A DNA stretch of 64,000 bases. It comes from Eledone cirrhosa (Eukaryota). Below the pieces are notes generated by a model. That model saw nothing but the letters and a program-made list of their open reading frames with translations, did no database searches and was not told the DNA's origin. Where the stretch lies: assembly GCA_964016885.1 (NCBI GenBank), contig OZ024741.1, positions 190,526,001-190,590,000 on the forward strand, written 5' to 3'. Of the stretch, positions 1 through 12,565 are shown one piece after another; the first letter of the stretch is position 1, and the number at the start of each line of letters is the position of its first letter. A program made the translations under genes and the position numbers.

Positions 1-219
1 TTAAAAATAGTTGGAAAAATTACAAGTTAATAACAGGCACAAAGGGCCAGTTCAAATGTACAGTTTTACATAGTTTTGTGGGCCAATAAACACGACGACC
101 ACTACGAGTTGCCATGACGTATGTTGGTGTGTGTGAGCTTGTGGTGAGTGCATTTGATGTGACGCAGTGTAGGAGGGAGGATTATGAGGCTCTGGTGTAA
201 GAGCGTCTGTATAGGCCCG

Positions 220-311
220 CTTAACTCTGTCTATGTTGGAAAGGACGCAGTAAGGTCCTGTGTCCATACACAGGACCTTACTGCATCCTTTCCAACATAA
301 ACAGAGTTAAG
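220..311. repeat. Inverted repeat (44-bp arms, 4-nt loop)
   Basis: cttaactctgt...aggtcctgtgt / ccat / acacaggacct...acagagttaag, with 2 mismatches. Confidence 0.9.
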
Positions 312-893
312 GTGTGAGAGGGCTTTTCACAGAGTCATTAAGCATGTATTCACTACGCTTTCAACAACAAACCACCTGAAACTGCCCGTGGTTCTACAGT
401 ATGACACTGTTTATTTTAAGGTGCTTATACTTATCTAAAAACCTTCCATTCATAATTTTATGTAAGTAGTTTTGTTAAGTCATGTTCCAAACGCCAGTTT
501 AGTAATGAGAAAATTAGTTATTTTATTGAATTCCTCCAAATTGTTGGTTATTTTCAGAATATGGTATTGACAGGGTTAAACAGAACTTAACTGGTATTAA
601 TTGCTTAGACTAAGGAAGAACCTTGAAGTTTGTCAAGTGAGATTTCAAACTGTCATTTTTTTTACGAAAGATTTCATACATATTGCTATTAGGACACTAA
701 ACAAACTGTATACATTCTATATATTATAAAGATTTTCATTTTTATACAGGGAATATGGAAAAAAAAGAAAACTATTATTTATTTTTACTAACATTTTTGT
801 TAAAATTTGAAATAAGTTGAAGAGATTAGAAACTGTTTTACAATTAAAGAGAAAACGGAAACATGGTTAAAAATAACTTCAGCATTTCATTAA

Positions 894-2103
894 CCCTTTA
901 GCATTCGCATTAATTTTCAAATGTCATGCTTATCTGTTCGCATTATTTTGAGTTCAAATCCTGCCAAGGTTAAATTTGCCTTTCATCCTTACGGGGTCGA
1001 TAAAATAAAGTTCCAGTAATGTACTGGGTAATTGCTGTCCTTGTGTCAAAAGTAGAAACAATTATTTTGAGTTAATCATACACAAGAGGGTTATCAATTT
1101 TATTTGTTCGTAATTTTCTTAATTTTCTATGTGCAGGCTTGAAATTTTGTCAGTAGATGTTTAAATATCAATAATTTACAATTATATTATTTTACTTGAT
1201 TTTGTTAAATTTGACTTTTATGGGCAGGTGAAATTAATTAATAGGGGCATTTAAAATATCAACCAGGTGCAAATACTGGTTTAATTTTAAATACGTTGTT
1301 TTCAGCATAATACTTGATATATAAGGATCACTAAACCTTATATCAGTGCTCCAGTAATTCCAGTCTTGGAAATTGTTTTATACTGAACATAATATTTACG
1401 GTAAAAAATGCTTGCATTTCCGCAGCATCTGTTGGTCGCCAAACAGATCGGGTTTTCCTCGATTTGAAATCTGTTGTTGTGCATATCGATTAATCTCTTC
1501 TGCCACAACTTCGAAGAAAGTTTGTGGTAAAAACAAAAAGAAATAATCTAGTGCTTTAGCATCGGGAGCTAATGTGTGTTGTGGACCAGTATTTTGAATA
1601 AAATCGGGAACATATATTGGTGGTATTTTTCAACCACGTTGCTGTAATATTTTCAATGGCGTCCTGGAGATCTCCTTCGTTTTCACTTTCAAAACAACAA
1701 TCATCGTCGGATGAAATTTCAGAAATGTAAACATCTGATTCATTTGAAGATAAATCACTAATATTATCTTTTGGTTCTTGTTCATTCTTAATGTCATCGT
1801 GTGTAAAACCTTCAAAGTCGGTATCGCTACTTTCACAAGCCATGTTGATACACAAAAAATTTGTTCTACTTTCAATGTTAAAAAAACACATGTTGTTTTA
1901 AGTTGTTTCACTATATTAAGTGTTAATTTTCGTGGTAAGGGCCTAATCTCGCAGTAATTATCGAATTGACGAGATTTTGATGATAGTTTGTTTATTTTTA
2001 CAACGATATTTTAGTGTGGGTGTTATTGGCCGGTTTCGCGCGGTTTGAACAAATGAAGGGGAAATAATTTTGGCCGGTTTCGGGCGGTTTGAACACTAAA
2101 GGG
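894..2103 (-). mobile_element. Internally deleted piggyBac transposon with a decayed transposase N-terminus
   Basis: TTAA at both ends (890-893, 2104-2107), CCCTTTAG(CA/TG)TTC terminal inverted repeats, and a duplicated subterminal ggccggtttcg.gcggtttgaaca. Frameshifted minus-strand peptide: acidic N-terminus, then ALDYFFLFL...VAEEINRYAQQ...WRPTDAAEMQAFF...YWSTD, typical of PGBD-type transposases. A SINE fragment is inserted at about 947-1046. Confidence 0.85.
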
Positions 2104-2491
2104 TTAAGGCAACCTCCCTGATATTAGTGCCACTGTAAAATGCACTCAACACTCTGAATGAAGTGGGTGGCATCCAACCCATTACAACAATATAAGTTAG
2201 GGACATTGTCTTAGATATTTTATGTCATTTTTACCAATATTCATTCTTCAATTGATTGAAAAACAAACAGCGGAATGTGTGATATGACATCCTATGTTCA
2301 AGAGCAGTAAAATAATCAAAGTAAGATATGTATGTGACAAAGTTGTTCTAAGATCTTATCAGAACCATCTTAAAGTTTTCCCATCTTGCCTTTTATTGAA
2401 TTAAATATCAACAGAACAGTGTGATAGCTGAACTACTATTAGAAACCAAGGATTTATATAATGAAAACAGGCAGAATCATCATTGACTTAC

Positions 2492-2588
2492 TTTAGGTCC
2501 CAACAAACCAGGCTGATCCGTATAAATCAAAGCTAATTCCTTCAAAGCTGTTCTTAGAAATTTTCTTCGTTCTCTGTGTAAACCAGGT
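2492..2588 (-). CDS. NCKAP1: NCKAP1/Hem internal exon: (S)[32 protein letters not shown]
   Basis: The minus-strand translation matches the conserved NCKAP1 block [30 protein letters not shown]. Acceptor tag at 2589-2591, donor gtaagt at 2486-2491. 97 nt, phase-compatible with the upstream exon. Confidence 0.96.
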
Positions 2589-3163
2589 CTATATAAAAAC
2601 AGAGAAAAATAATGTTTTACATGATGCTTTCTGTAGATTATCTGAAATGTGCAACACACATGTAATCACATATACATACATACAATCATGTACCTCACTC
2701 ATCTACACATAAACACAAGGGGTAGTAATATGGCACATTCATGTGTTAGTAAACATGTGGCACTGCCACACACCAGTTAACATATGGCATGGTCACATAT
2801 GAGTTAACATGTGCCACGGTCAAACACTGGTTAACATGTGGCACAACTACACACTGGTTAACATGTGGCATATTCAACATGAATGAAACAAAATTGACAA
2901 TAAATTGAATGGGGCAAAGTTCTATTTTCTTCTTCACCTACTTATTCCTCTGCGGGTCATAGAGGCAGAGTCCTCAAACACACCTTCCAGCAGGCCTTGT
3001 CAAAAGCAATTGATCTGGCTGGATCCCCAAGTGACACCAGCCAAGCTTGGGGGGTCTACTTCTGGATCTCCTGCTGGTTGATTTTAAGCATAAAAATCCT
3101 TAGAAAGAGGAACATGTGAAACAGTGATGAGATGTGTAAAAAGATGACAGAAAAGACACTTAC

Positions 3164-3229
3164 GATGTTTGAAGGGCATGTTGCTGGAAGTCTTTTACTT
3201 CCGTCACTCTTTTGTGTTGTATATGTTGT
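3164..3229 (-). CDS. NCKAP1: NCKAP1 exon: (G)QHIQHKRVTEVKDFQQHALQT(S)
   Basis: Polypyrimidine tract plus ttcag acceptor, gtaagt donor, 66 nt with phase 2 at both ends. Aligns to [20 protein letters not shown] with about 3 extra residues. Confidence 0.88.
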
Positions 3230-3392
3230 CTGAAATAGGTTGAAAAAAAAAAAAGAAAAAAAAAACTGTACAGTTAACATCTATCGTACTGTTTCAGTTA
3301 TATCACACTCATACTGTATTATAGGATATCATGTGTACTGTACTGTATTATGGGATATCACATATGTACTGGCAAATAGTCATTATCAGTAA

Positions 3393-6300
3393 CGACTGTC
3401 ACACAGTCTACAACACTAGTACTGATTGATATATAGTCTACAACACTAGTACTGACTGTCATATAGTCTACAACACTAGTACTGACTGTCACACAGTCTA
3501 CAACACTAGTACTGACTGTCATATAGTCTACAACACTAGTACTGATTGATATCTAGTCTACAACACTAGTACTGACTGTCATATAGTCTACAACACTAGT
3601 ACTGACTGTCATATAGTCTACAACACTAGTACTGACTGTCATATAGTCTACAACACTAGTACTGACTGTCATATAGTCTACAACACTAGTACTGACTGTC
3701 ATATAGTCTACAACACTAGTACTGACTGTCATATAGTCTACAACACTAGTACTGACTGTCATATAGTCTACAACACTAGTACTGACTGTCATATAGTCTA
3801 CAACACTAGTACTGACTGTCATATAGTCTACAACACTAGTACTGACTGTCACACAGTCTACAACACTAGTACTGACTGTCATATAGTCTACAACACTAGT
3901 ACTGACTGTCATATAGTCTACAACACTAGTACTGACTGTCATAAAGTCTACAACACTAGTACTGACGGTCATATAGTCTACAACACTAGTACTGACTGTC
4001 ATATAGTCTACAACACTAGTACTGACTGTCACATAGTCTACAACACTAGTACTGACTGTCATATAGTCTACAACACTAGTACTGACTGTCATATAGTCTA
4101 CAACACTAGTACTGACTGTCATATAGTCTACAACACTAGTACTGACTGTCACACAGTCTACAACAATAGTACTGACTGTCATATAGTCTACAACACTAGT
4201 ACTGACTGTCACACAGTCTACAACACTAGTACTGATTGATATATAGTCTACAACACTAGTACTTACTGTCATATAGTCTACAACACTAGTACTGACTGTC
4301 ATATAGTCTACAACACTAGTACTGACTGTCATATAGTCTACAACACTAGTACTGACTGTCATATAGTCTACAACACTAGTACTTACTGTCACATAGTCTA
4401 CAACACTAGTACTTACTGTCATATAGTCTACAACACTAGTACTGATTGATATATAGTCTACAATACTAGTACTTACTGTCATATAGTCTACAACACTAGT
4501 ACTGACTGTCACATAGTCTACAACACTAGTACTGACTGTCATATAGTCTACAACACTAGTACTGACTGTCACATAGTCTACAACACTAGTACTGACTGTC
4601 ATATAGTCTACAACACTAGTACTGACTGTCATATAGTCTACAACACTAGTACTGACTGTCATATAGTCTACAACACTAGTACTGACTGTCATATAGTCTA
4701 CAACACTAGTACTGATTGATATATAGTCTACAACACTAGTACTGACTGTCATATAGTCTACAACACTAGTACTGACTGTCACACAGTTTACAACACTAGT
4801 ACTGACTGTCATATAGTCTACAACACTAGTACTGACTGTCATAAAGTCTACAACATTAGTACTGACTGTCATATAGTCTACAACACTAGTACTGACTGTC
4901 ATAAAGTCTACAACACTAGTACTGACTGTCATATAGTCTACAACACTAGTACTGATTGATATCTAGTCTACAACACTAGTACTGACTGTCATATAGTCTA
5001 CAACACTAGTACTGACTGTCATATAGTCTACAACACTAGTACTGACTGTCATATAGTCTACAACACTAGTACTGACTGTCATATAGTCTACAACACTAGT
5101 ACTGACTGTCATATAGTCTACAACACTAGTACTGACTGTCATATAGTCTACAACACTAGTACTGACTGTCACACAGTCTACAACACTAGTACTGACTGTC
5201 ATATAGTCTACAACACTAGTACTGATTGATATCTAGTCTACAACACTAGTACTGACTGTCATATAGTCTACAACACTAGTACTGACTGTCATATATTCTA
5301 CAACACTAGTACTGACTGTCATATAGTCTACAACACTAGTACTGACTGTCATATAGTCTACAACACTAGTACTGACTGTCATATAGTCTACAACACTAGT
5401 ACTGACTGTCATATAGTCTACAACACTAGTACTGATTGATATCTAGTCTACAACACTAGTACTGACTGTCATATAGTCTACAACACTAGTACTGACTGTC
5501 ATATAGTCTACAACACTAGTACTGACTGTCATATAGTCTACAACACTAGTACTGACTGTCATATAGTCTACAACACTAGTACTGACTGTCATATAGTCTA
5601 CAACACTAGTACTGATTGATATCTAGTCTACAACACTAGTACTGACTGTCATATAGTCTACAACACTAGTACTGACTGTCATATAGTCTATAACACTAGT
5701 ACTGACTGTCATATAGTCTACAACACTAGTACTGACTGTCACACAGTCTACAACACTAGTACTGACTGTCACACAGTCTACAACACTAGTGCTGACTGTC
5801 ATATAGTCTACAACACTAGTGCTGACTGTCATATAGTCTACAACACTAGTACTGACTGTCATATAGTCTACAACACTAGTACTGACTGTCACACAGTCTA
5901 CAACACTAGTACTGACTGTCATAAAGTCTACAACACTAGTACTGACTGTCACACAGTCTACAACACTAGTACTGACTGTCATAAAGTCTACAACACTAGT
6001 ACTGACTGTCACATAGTCTACAACCCTAGTACTGACTGTCATACAGTCTACAACCCTAGTACTGACTGTCATATAGTCTACAACACTAGTACTGACTGTC
6101 ATATAGTCTACAACACTAGTACTGACTGTCATATAGTCTACAACACTAGTACTGATTGATATATAGTCTACAACACTAGTACTGTCATATAGTCTACAAC
6201 ACTAGTACTTACTGTCATATAGTCTACAACACTAGTACTGACTGTCATATAGTCTACAACACTAGTACTGACTGTCATATAGTCTACAACACTAGTACTT

Positions 6301-7338
6301 ACTGTCATATAGTCTACAACACTATTACTGACTGTCACATAGTCTACAACACTAGTACTGACTGTCATATAGTCTACAACACTAGTACTGACTGTCATAT
6401 AGTCTACAACACTAGTACTTACTGTCATATAGTCTACAACACTAGTACTGACTGTCATATAGTCTACAACCATAGTACTGACTGTCATATAGTCTACAAC
6501 ACTAGTACTTACTGTCATATAGTCTACAACACTAGTACTGACTGTCATATAGTCTACAACACTAGTACTGACTGTCATATAGTCTACAACCATAGTACTG
6601 ACTGTCATATAGTCTACAACACTAGTACTTACTGTCATATAGTCTACAACACTAGTACTGACTGTCATATAGTCTACAACACTAGTACTGACTGTCATAT
6701 AGTCTACAACACTAGTACTTACTGTCATATAGTCTACAACACTAGTACTGACTGTCATATAGTCTACAACCCTAGTACTGACTGTCATATAGTCTACAAC
6801 ACTAGTACTGACTGTCATATAGTCTACAACACTAGTACTTACTGTCATATAGTCTACAACACTAGTACTGACTGTCATATAGTCTACAACACTAGTACTG
6901 ACTGTCATATAGTCTACAACACTAGTACTGACTGTCATATAGTCTACAACACTAGTACTGACTGTCACACAGTCTACAACACTAGTACTGACTGTCATAT
7001 AGTCTACAACACTAGTACTGACTGTCATATAGTCTACAACACTAGTACTGACTGTCATATAGTCTACAACACTAGTACTGATTGATATATAGTCTACAAC
7101 ACTAGTACTGTCATATAGTCTACAACACTAGTACTGACTGTCATATAGTCTACAACACTAGTACTGACTGTCATATAGTCTACAACACTAGTACTGACTG
7201 TCATATAGTCTACAACACTAGTACTGACTGTCATATAGTCTACAACACTAGTACTGAGTGTCATAAAGTCTACAACACTAGTACTGACTGTCATATAGTC
7301 TACAACACTAGTACTGACTGTCATATAGTCTACAACAC
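3393..7338. repeat. 30-bp minisatellite, about 130 copies (actgactgtcatatagtctacaacactagt)
   Basis: Directly visible tandem array with recurrent variant units. It fills most of the 3230-7419 intron. Confidence 0.99.
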
Positions 7339-7419
7339 CATATTCTCAAAACTACTACTCAATAACAAACAGTATTCAACAATACTCACTGACAAATAGT
7401 TGGCAATATCAGTACTCAC

Positions 7420-7573
7420 CCTTTAAGACTGTCAAAGAAAGCAGCAATATAACTATGAATGTGCAGTACCTCGTCTCTGCATAATTGTACAATGTAGCCA
7501 GACTGGAGAGCCGTTTTCCATAAGTCCCATGGTTGGGGCTCCGACAGACGCTGATAGCAAAGCATCAAACCAA
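7420..7573 (-). CDS. NCKAP1: NCKAP1 exon: (F)GLMLCYQRLSEPQPWDLWKTALQSGYIVQLCRDEVLHIHSYIAAFFDSLK(G)
   Basis: Matches FGFILCH...[23 protein letters not shown]. ttttcag acceptor, gtgagt donor, 154 nt. Confidence 0.96.
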
Positions 7574-8239
7574 CTGAAAAGATATGAAATGTTAATAGCT
7601 TCGACGTATTATATAATCGGTGGACCAGTGCCGTCAACAATGACGGTAATCGCGTAGAACATTTAATTTTGGGAATCTAGGAGTAGTATGCCATATATAC
7701 CAAGATATCTGGGAAATTGTTGTTTTGATAAATTAATGATTTACATAAGAGAAACCCTATGGTTTCTGTTGATCACTGACACATGGAAGTTATTAAAGAA
7801 AATGATATTTTAATAATTTATTTCTAGATTATAATTACATAAATGTTCAGCATATATGTATAAATGATATGCAGGATTAAATGTGAGTAACTTTGGAGAA
7901 ATAAGTATTTACAGGGACACATGTAAGGTTAGAATTTAGGACCTTGCCACTGGAAAACAAACTTTTTGAGGCAACATATTGTGTTTGAGTGTATGTTTGA
8001 GTGAGTTTATTTAAAGTGCTACAGGCAGATACATATATATATACAAACACAAGGTCTGTTAGTATGTTTGATTCATTTGTTACAGTTAGTAACAACTACA
8101 ACAAATATACTTGGTATGAGTTCTATAGTCTACAAATAATCTAAGAAGATTAACAGTCTCTCACATTTCATAATGATAGGGATCTATTGTTGTTGTTGTT
8201 GCTGCTGCTGTTGTTGGCCCTGATCGAATAGTGATTTAA

Positions 8240-8467
8240 CCCTTTTGATACCAAACTGCTTGAAACCACACTTGTTTTATGATTTTGAATTATAATTATA
8301 TTAAAACCTTCAATCAAAATTCTTTTCAAGACATTTTTAAGTAATGTTCTAAGCATTAGTTTAATAATAAAAAAGTTAAATATTTCATTAAATTCCTCCA
8401 AATTTTAATGTTTTCCAAAATTAATTGAATCACAATGTATTTCATGAAAAATATAGTAATGAAAGAG
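8240..8467. mobile_element. TTAA-flanked piggyBac-like MITE
   Basis: ttaa|cccttttgatacc...gaaagag|ttaa. Related copies at about 12900-13158, 29650-30364, 55034-55710, 59725-59970 and 60520-60765. Confidence 0.7.
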
Positions 8468-9644
8468 TTAAGCATTCTAGGCATGACCAATCAAACATGG
8501 TGTATCCTGGACTATATTCTTCAATTTGTCCATTTCTCATTCGAACAGCAGATAGAATGCTTTACAGCATTCATTGTGCTTTGAGTTCAAAACTCGCCGA
8601 GGTCAACTTTGCCTTTCTTCCTTTCGATTTTTCCTTTATATCTCTTTCTCACTTCTTTGTCACTCTGCCTCTCCCTTTCTCTGAAAGAAACCAGCTATGC
8701 TCAAACCTAGAAAGGGATGTGTTCAGCCAGATTTAATATGCCCAAGATACACTCTATGCTACTAAGGTACCCCTATGACTCCACCACGAGTTACATGTCC
8801 ATATATGCATTTAGTCATTCAATTCATTCTGAAAACACCAAAAATATGAGAGTAGATGATAGAACCACTACAGGGATACTTGAGCTTGCTAAAAGCAGTA
8901 TCTAAATCTCCCTCCAATCACACTATACTGTCTTAAAAAAAGGGAAGACACATTGGATAATGTAGTACTTGATAGATTATGTCTGAATAAAAGACAAGAT
9001 GATCACAACTAGAACACCTTTAATTAAAAGTTTGCAGGATCTAGGCTGACTTGGGTTAAACAACTGGCAAAAATAGAAATTTAGCAATGATATCAACCTT
9101 AACAAAAATCACCATTCAGAACGTTATTTAATTAAATGAGAAGTTTTACAGTTTTTGAGAAAATTTAATTTCTCTTAATTTATATGTTCGTTTTTGATTT
9201 CTTGATTTCATTTTTTTTCCCATTTCAAAAGAATTCTTACTATTTCTTTTCAAATAAAAAATAAATTTTATGTTGCTAAAATATATGTAATATTAGGGAA
9301 TTTTAGTTGGTGCTCTTGTGATGCTACTGTCTGTGGAGAAACAGTGATAGATGTTAACCACTTTCAATAAAGACTGCTTAATTCTTACAAGCACTATTGT
9401 AGATATGACCAAAGAGCTGTCATTACAGCACATCTTTAGTTATGACAATGAGACAGAGTTAATAGTAAAACTAGGGTTTATTGTAGATATGGCCAAAGAG
9501 TTGTCACTATAATCCCATTTTTAGTTAAGTCAGTCAAAGATAATTTGCTCCACATTTACCAATTTAGCAGGCAAACAAAGGTGATTTAATCTACATCTAA
9601 CTACAGATTAGATAATAAACAGGTAATTAAGGTAATTTACTTAC

Positions 9645-9693
9645 AGATGATCCATCTTTCCATGACATCTTGAGATAGATATTCACATTGGAT
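9645..9693 (-). CDS. NCKAP1: NCKAP1 exon: IQCEYLSQDVMERWII(F)
   Basis: Matches MPCEYLSLDAMEKWIIF. ttcttcag acceptor, gtaagt donor, 49 nt. Confidence 0.94.
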
Positions 9694-9769
9694 CTGAAGA
9701 AAGACAAAGGAGAGGAGGTGAATAATCAATTCAAAAATAAATCATTCAACAATCATCATTGTCAACATC

Positions 9770-9965
9770 AATAATAATAATAATTGTTTCTACTTTAGGC
9801 ACAAGGCCAGCAATTACCCAGTGCATTACTGGTACTTTATTTTATCGGCCCCGTAAGGATGAAAGGCAAAGTCAACCTCGGCGGGATTTTAACTCAGATC
9901 GTAAAGGGACGTAACTATGCTGGAAAGCATGGCGTCCGACCCTCTACCGATACTGCCAATCCATC
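9770..9965 (-). mobile_element. tRNA-head SINE family A (gccttTcatccttacggggtcgataaaataaagtaccagt core, (TTA)n tail)
   Basis: B-box-like gagtt.aaatcc, conserved core and AT-rich tail. Further copies or fragments at about 947-1046, 10570-10768, 22013-22135, 28200-28385, 55890-56097, 62030-62085 and 62500-62592. Confidence 0.75.
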
Positions 9966-10771
9966 AATAATAATAATAATAATAACATTAATATCATTAT
10001 CCCCATTTTACACCTATTTTCCATGCTTGTATGGGTTAGACAGGCTGTCATGTTCTGAGGCTGCACAAGTAAGATAACTGTGACTTGCTAATACATTCCA
10101 TTCTGGCATGGTTTCTACAGCTGGATACCCTTCCTATGCCAAACACTTCACAATGTGCCCTGGGTACTTTTTTTGTGGCTACAGCACTCTCACATTACAG
10201 CGTAAGTTGGGTGCTTTTTAGCATGGCACCAGAACTATCACTTTACAGTGTGGACTAGGCATTTTTTATCATGGCATAAACACGGTCACTTCACAGTGAT
10301 AATTCTTAACACAAGCACCAAAGAGTTAGTCAATTGAAAAACAGAATAGCAAACCTTTCTAACATAAAAACAATGTTCTCCTTAGGGGAAGGAGAACAGT
10401 AAATGGAAACCAGTACCTGACTGGTACTTTATTTTATTAACCCCAGAATGATGTAAGTTAAAACTGACCTTGGTAGAAGTTGAACTCAGAATTACAAAGA
10501 AAGTAACTAAATAAGTCCAACATTCTACAGATTCTACTGTTCACTACAGCTGTTACCATAATATTTTCTAACAAAAGCGCAAGAGTTGGAATTTGGAGGG
10601 AGAGGAAAGTCGATTATATTACTTAACTGGTACTCTATTTTGTTGACCCAGAAGGATGAAAGACAAAGTTAACCTCGGCAGGATTTGAACTCAGAACGTA
10701 AAGAACAGGAGCAAATGCTATAAAGCATTTTGTCTGCTGCTCCAATGGTTCTGCCAAGTCACCACCCTAAG

Positions 10772-10879
10772 AAAAATATGGAACACTTCACGAATTTACA
10801 TGTCAACCTTGTGCAGGGTCCATGCTAATCTTCTCTGTGTCGTTCCAATTTTTTAAAAATCTACTGCAGAACCTAGTAT
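10772..10879 (-). ncRNA. U6: Full-length U6 snRNA copy, probably a retropseudogene
   Basis: The minus strand reads ...aaaattggaacgacACAGAGAagattAGCatggaccctgcacaaggttgacatgtaaattcgtgaagtgttccatattttt, which is U6 with the ACAGAGA box and AGC triad intact. CpG-type substitutions and a degenerate 5' stem point to a pseudogene. Confidence 0.9.
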
Positions 10880-10911
10880 GTTCACTACCATAATAATGAT
10901 AATAATAGCTG

Positions 10912-11712
10912 TCATCATCATCATCGTTTTTATGCCAGTTTCTTTCCATGCTTGCAAGGGTTCGATGGTTCCTTCTCAGCATGGCATTCCTTCGTCATCT
11001 CCTTTGTGAGTCTCATCGATTTGAAGTCAGCTCTCACAACCTCTACCCAGGTCTTTCTTGGTCTACTTCTACTGAGGTTTCCTTACACTGGGATTTCCTG
11101 GCACTTCTTCAGAACAACAATCATCGTCCATACCAATGCAATCTTCTCTCCTGCATACCACCTTAGATTCCTCTTAAATTCAGCTTTTCCCTCAACTCGT
11201 CAAAGCTCTGCCTTTCTCTTACACTTACATTGCACATCCAACAAAGCATAGTTGCTTCATTTCTTTCCAGTCTAGGCATGTCTTCTGCAGTCACAGCCCA
11301 TGTTTCACTACCATGTAGCATCACACTTTGCACACAGGCAACATACAGTCGTTTGTTTGTACGTAGGGAGAAACCTTTTGTGGTCAACAGTGGGAGTAGC
11401 TCTCTAAATTGTTTCTATCCTATCCTTAATATAGCTACTATGCTTTCAGAGCAACCACGCCATTGTTAAGTATGTTGCCTAGATAGCAGAAGCTATCAAC
11501 CACTTCTATGAGTCCTTCCTGTGACTAGAAAAGGTTTATATCACTGGTGTTCTTCCCCTCGGTTACCCTGTGCATCTTCTTCATATAAAAAGTTTTCGCT
11601 TTCTGTTAATCTACCCGTTATCCCACTACATCTCTCGTGTTCCCAAGATTTACATTGTGTTCATTGTATGGAGTTTATGCCCACTCCCTTTCTACATATT
11701 GAGCATATTGAT
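10912..11712 (-). mobile_element. RTE-clade LINE, 5'-truncated 3' fragment
   Basis: Peptide RLYVACVQSVMLHGSETWAVTAEDMPRLERNEATMLCWMCNVS, with a (GAT)n tail at 10912-10925. Homologous to 50735-51837. Confidence 0.85.
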
Positions 11713-11872
11713 GTATAGTTTGTATTTTGTACTATGTCTATGTATGTACATCTCAAACTATTTATCCTTGCTAAGCATTCACATGTTTTTATTTGCATTG
11801 CCCTCAAGGGAAATTATCATTATCATTATTATTATTATGAGTATCAGTGAAATAGTAGAAAGTGAGACTTAC

Positions 11873-12010
11873 TATATCAGTGTTTGGCACATTCATTAAC
11901 TTAGAAGGTTCAGAGAGGAGACTGAGGATCTGAGAAGATCTCATCTGATCTGCAGGTAAATTTCTACGAGGATAGATCACATGTAACGACAGCAAGGCTG
12001 GCAATAAAAT
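11873..12010 (-). CDS. NCKAP1: NCKAP1 exon: ILLPALLSLHVIYPRRNLPADQMRSSQILSLLSEPSKLMNVPNTDI
   Basis: Matches [29 protein letters not shown]. ttttcag acceptor, gtaagt donor, 138 nt. Confidence 0.96.
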
Positions 12011-12069
12011 CTGAAAATAAACATTGTTAACATATAAATCAGATATCTCTTGTTTCAAATATGACATAA

Positions 12070-12565
12070 GTTAGATAAGTTATAGCCTCACTTAGAAAAT
12101 ATGTCAGTTTGGGATAAAATATATGTGGATAAGACAGAAGTCTGATTTAAGACAAGTCTGCATTAGATATAAGATAGAGGTCAGCATTAGATAAGCTAAA
12201 AGTCTTCTTTAGATAAGAAACATGTTAGATAAGATAAAAGTCTGTTTTAGATAAGATATATGTTTGATAAGACAAATGTCTTCTTTAGATAAGATAGAAG
12301 TTAGATAAGACAAAAGTTTGCTTTACATAGAAGTTTGATAAGACAAATGCCTGCTTTAGATAAGATAGAAGTTTGATAAGACAAAGGTCTGCTTAAGATA
12401 AGATATATGTTTGATAAGATTGGTTTGCTTTAGATATAAGATAGAAATCTGTGTTAGATATAGGATAGAAGTTAGATAAGACAAAGTTTTGCCTTGGAGA
12501 AGTAAATGTTTGATAAGACTGGCTTGCTTTAGACAAGATAGAGGTCTGCATTAGATAAGATAGAG
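12070..12565. repeat. Degenerate tandem repeat built of ttAGATAAGa subunits
   Basis: More than 20 recurring ttagataaga/tttgataaga motifs in alternating roughly 16- and 22-nt subunits. Confidence 0.8.

Noticed and set aside
3553-7324. Long MTVSTSVVDY-repeat ORFs
   Set aside because: By-products of a stop-poor 30-bp minisatellite inside an NCKAP1 intron, interrupted by stops and frameshifts.
10772-10879. Functional U6 snRNA gene
   Set aside because: Multiple CpG-type and 5'-stem substitutions, and upstream DNA is a LINE tail rather than a PSE/TATA promoter. Treated as a probable pseudogene.
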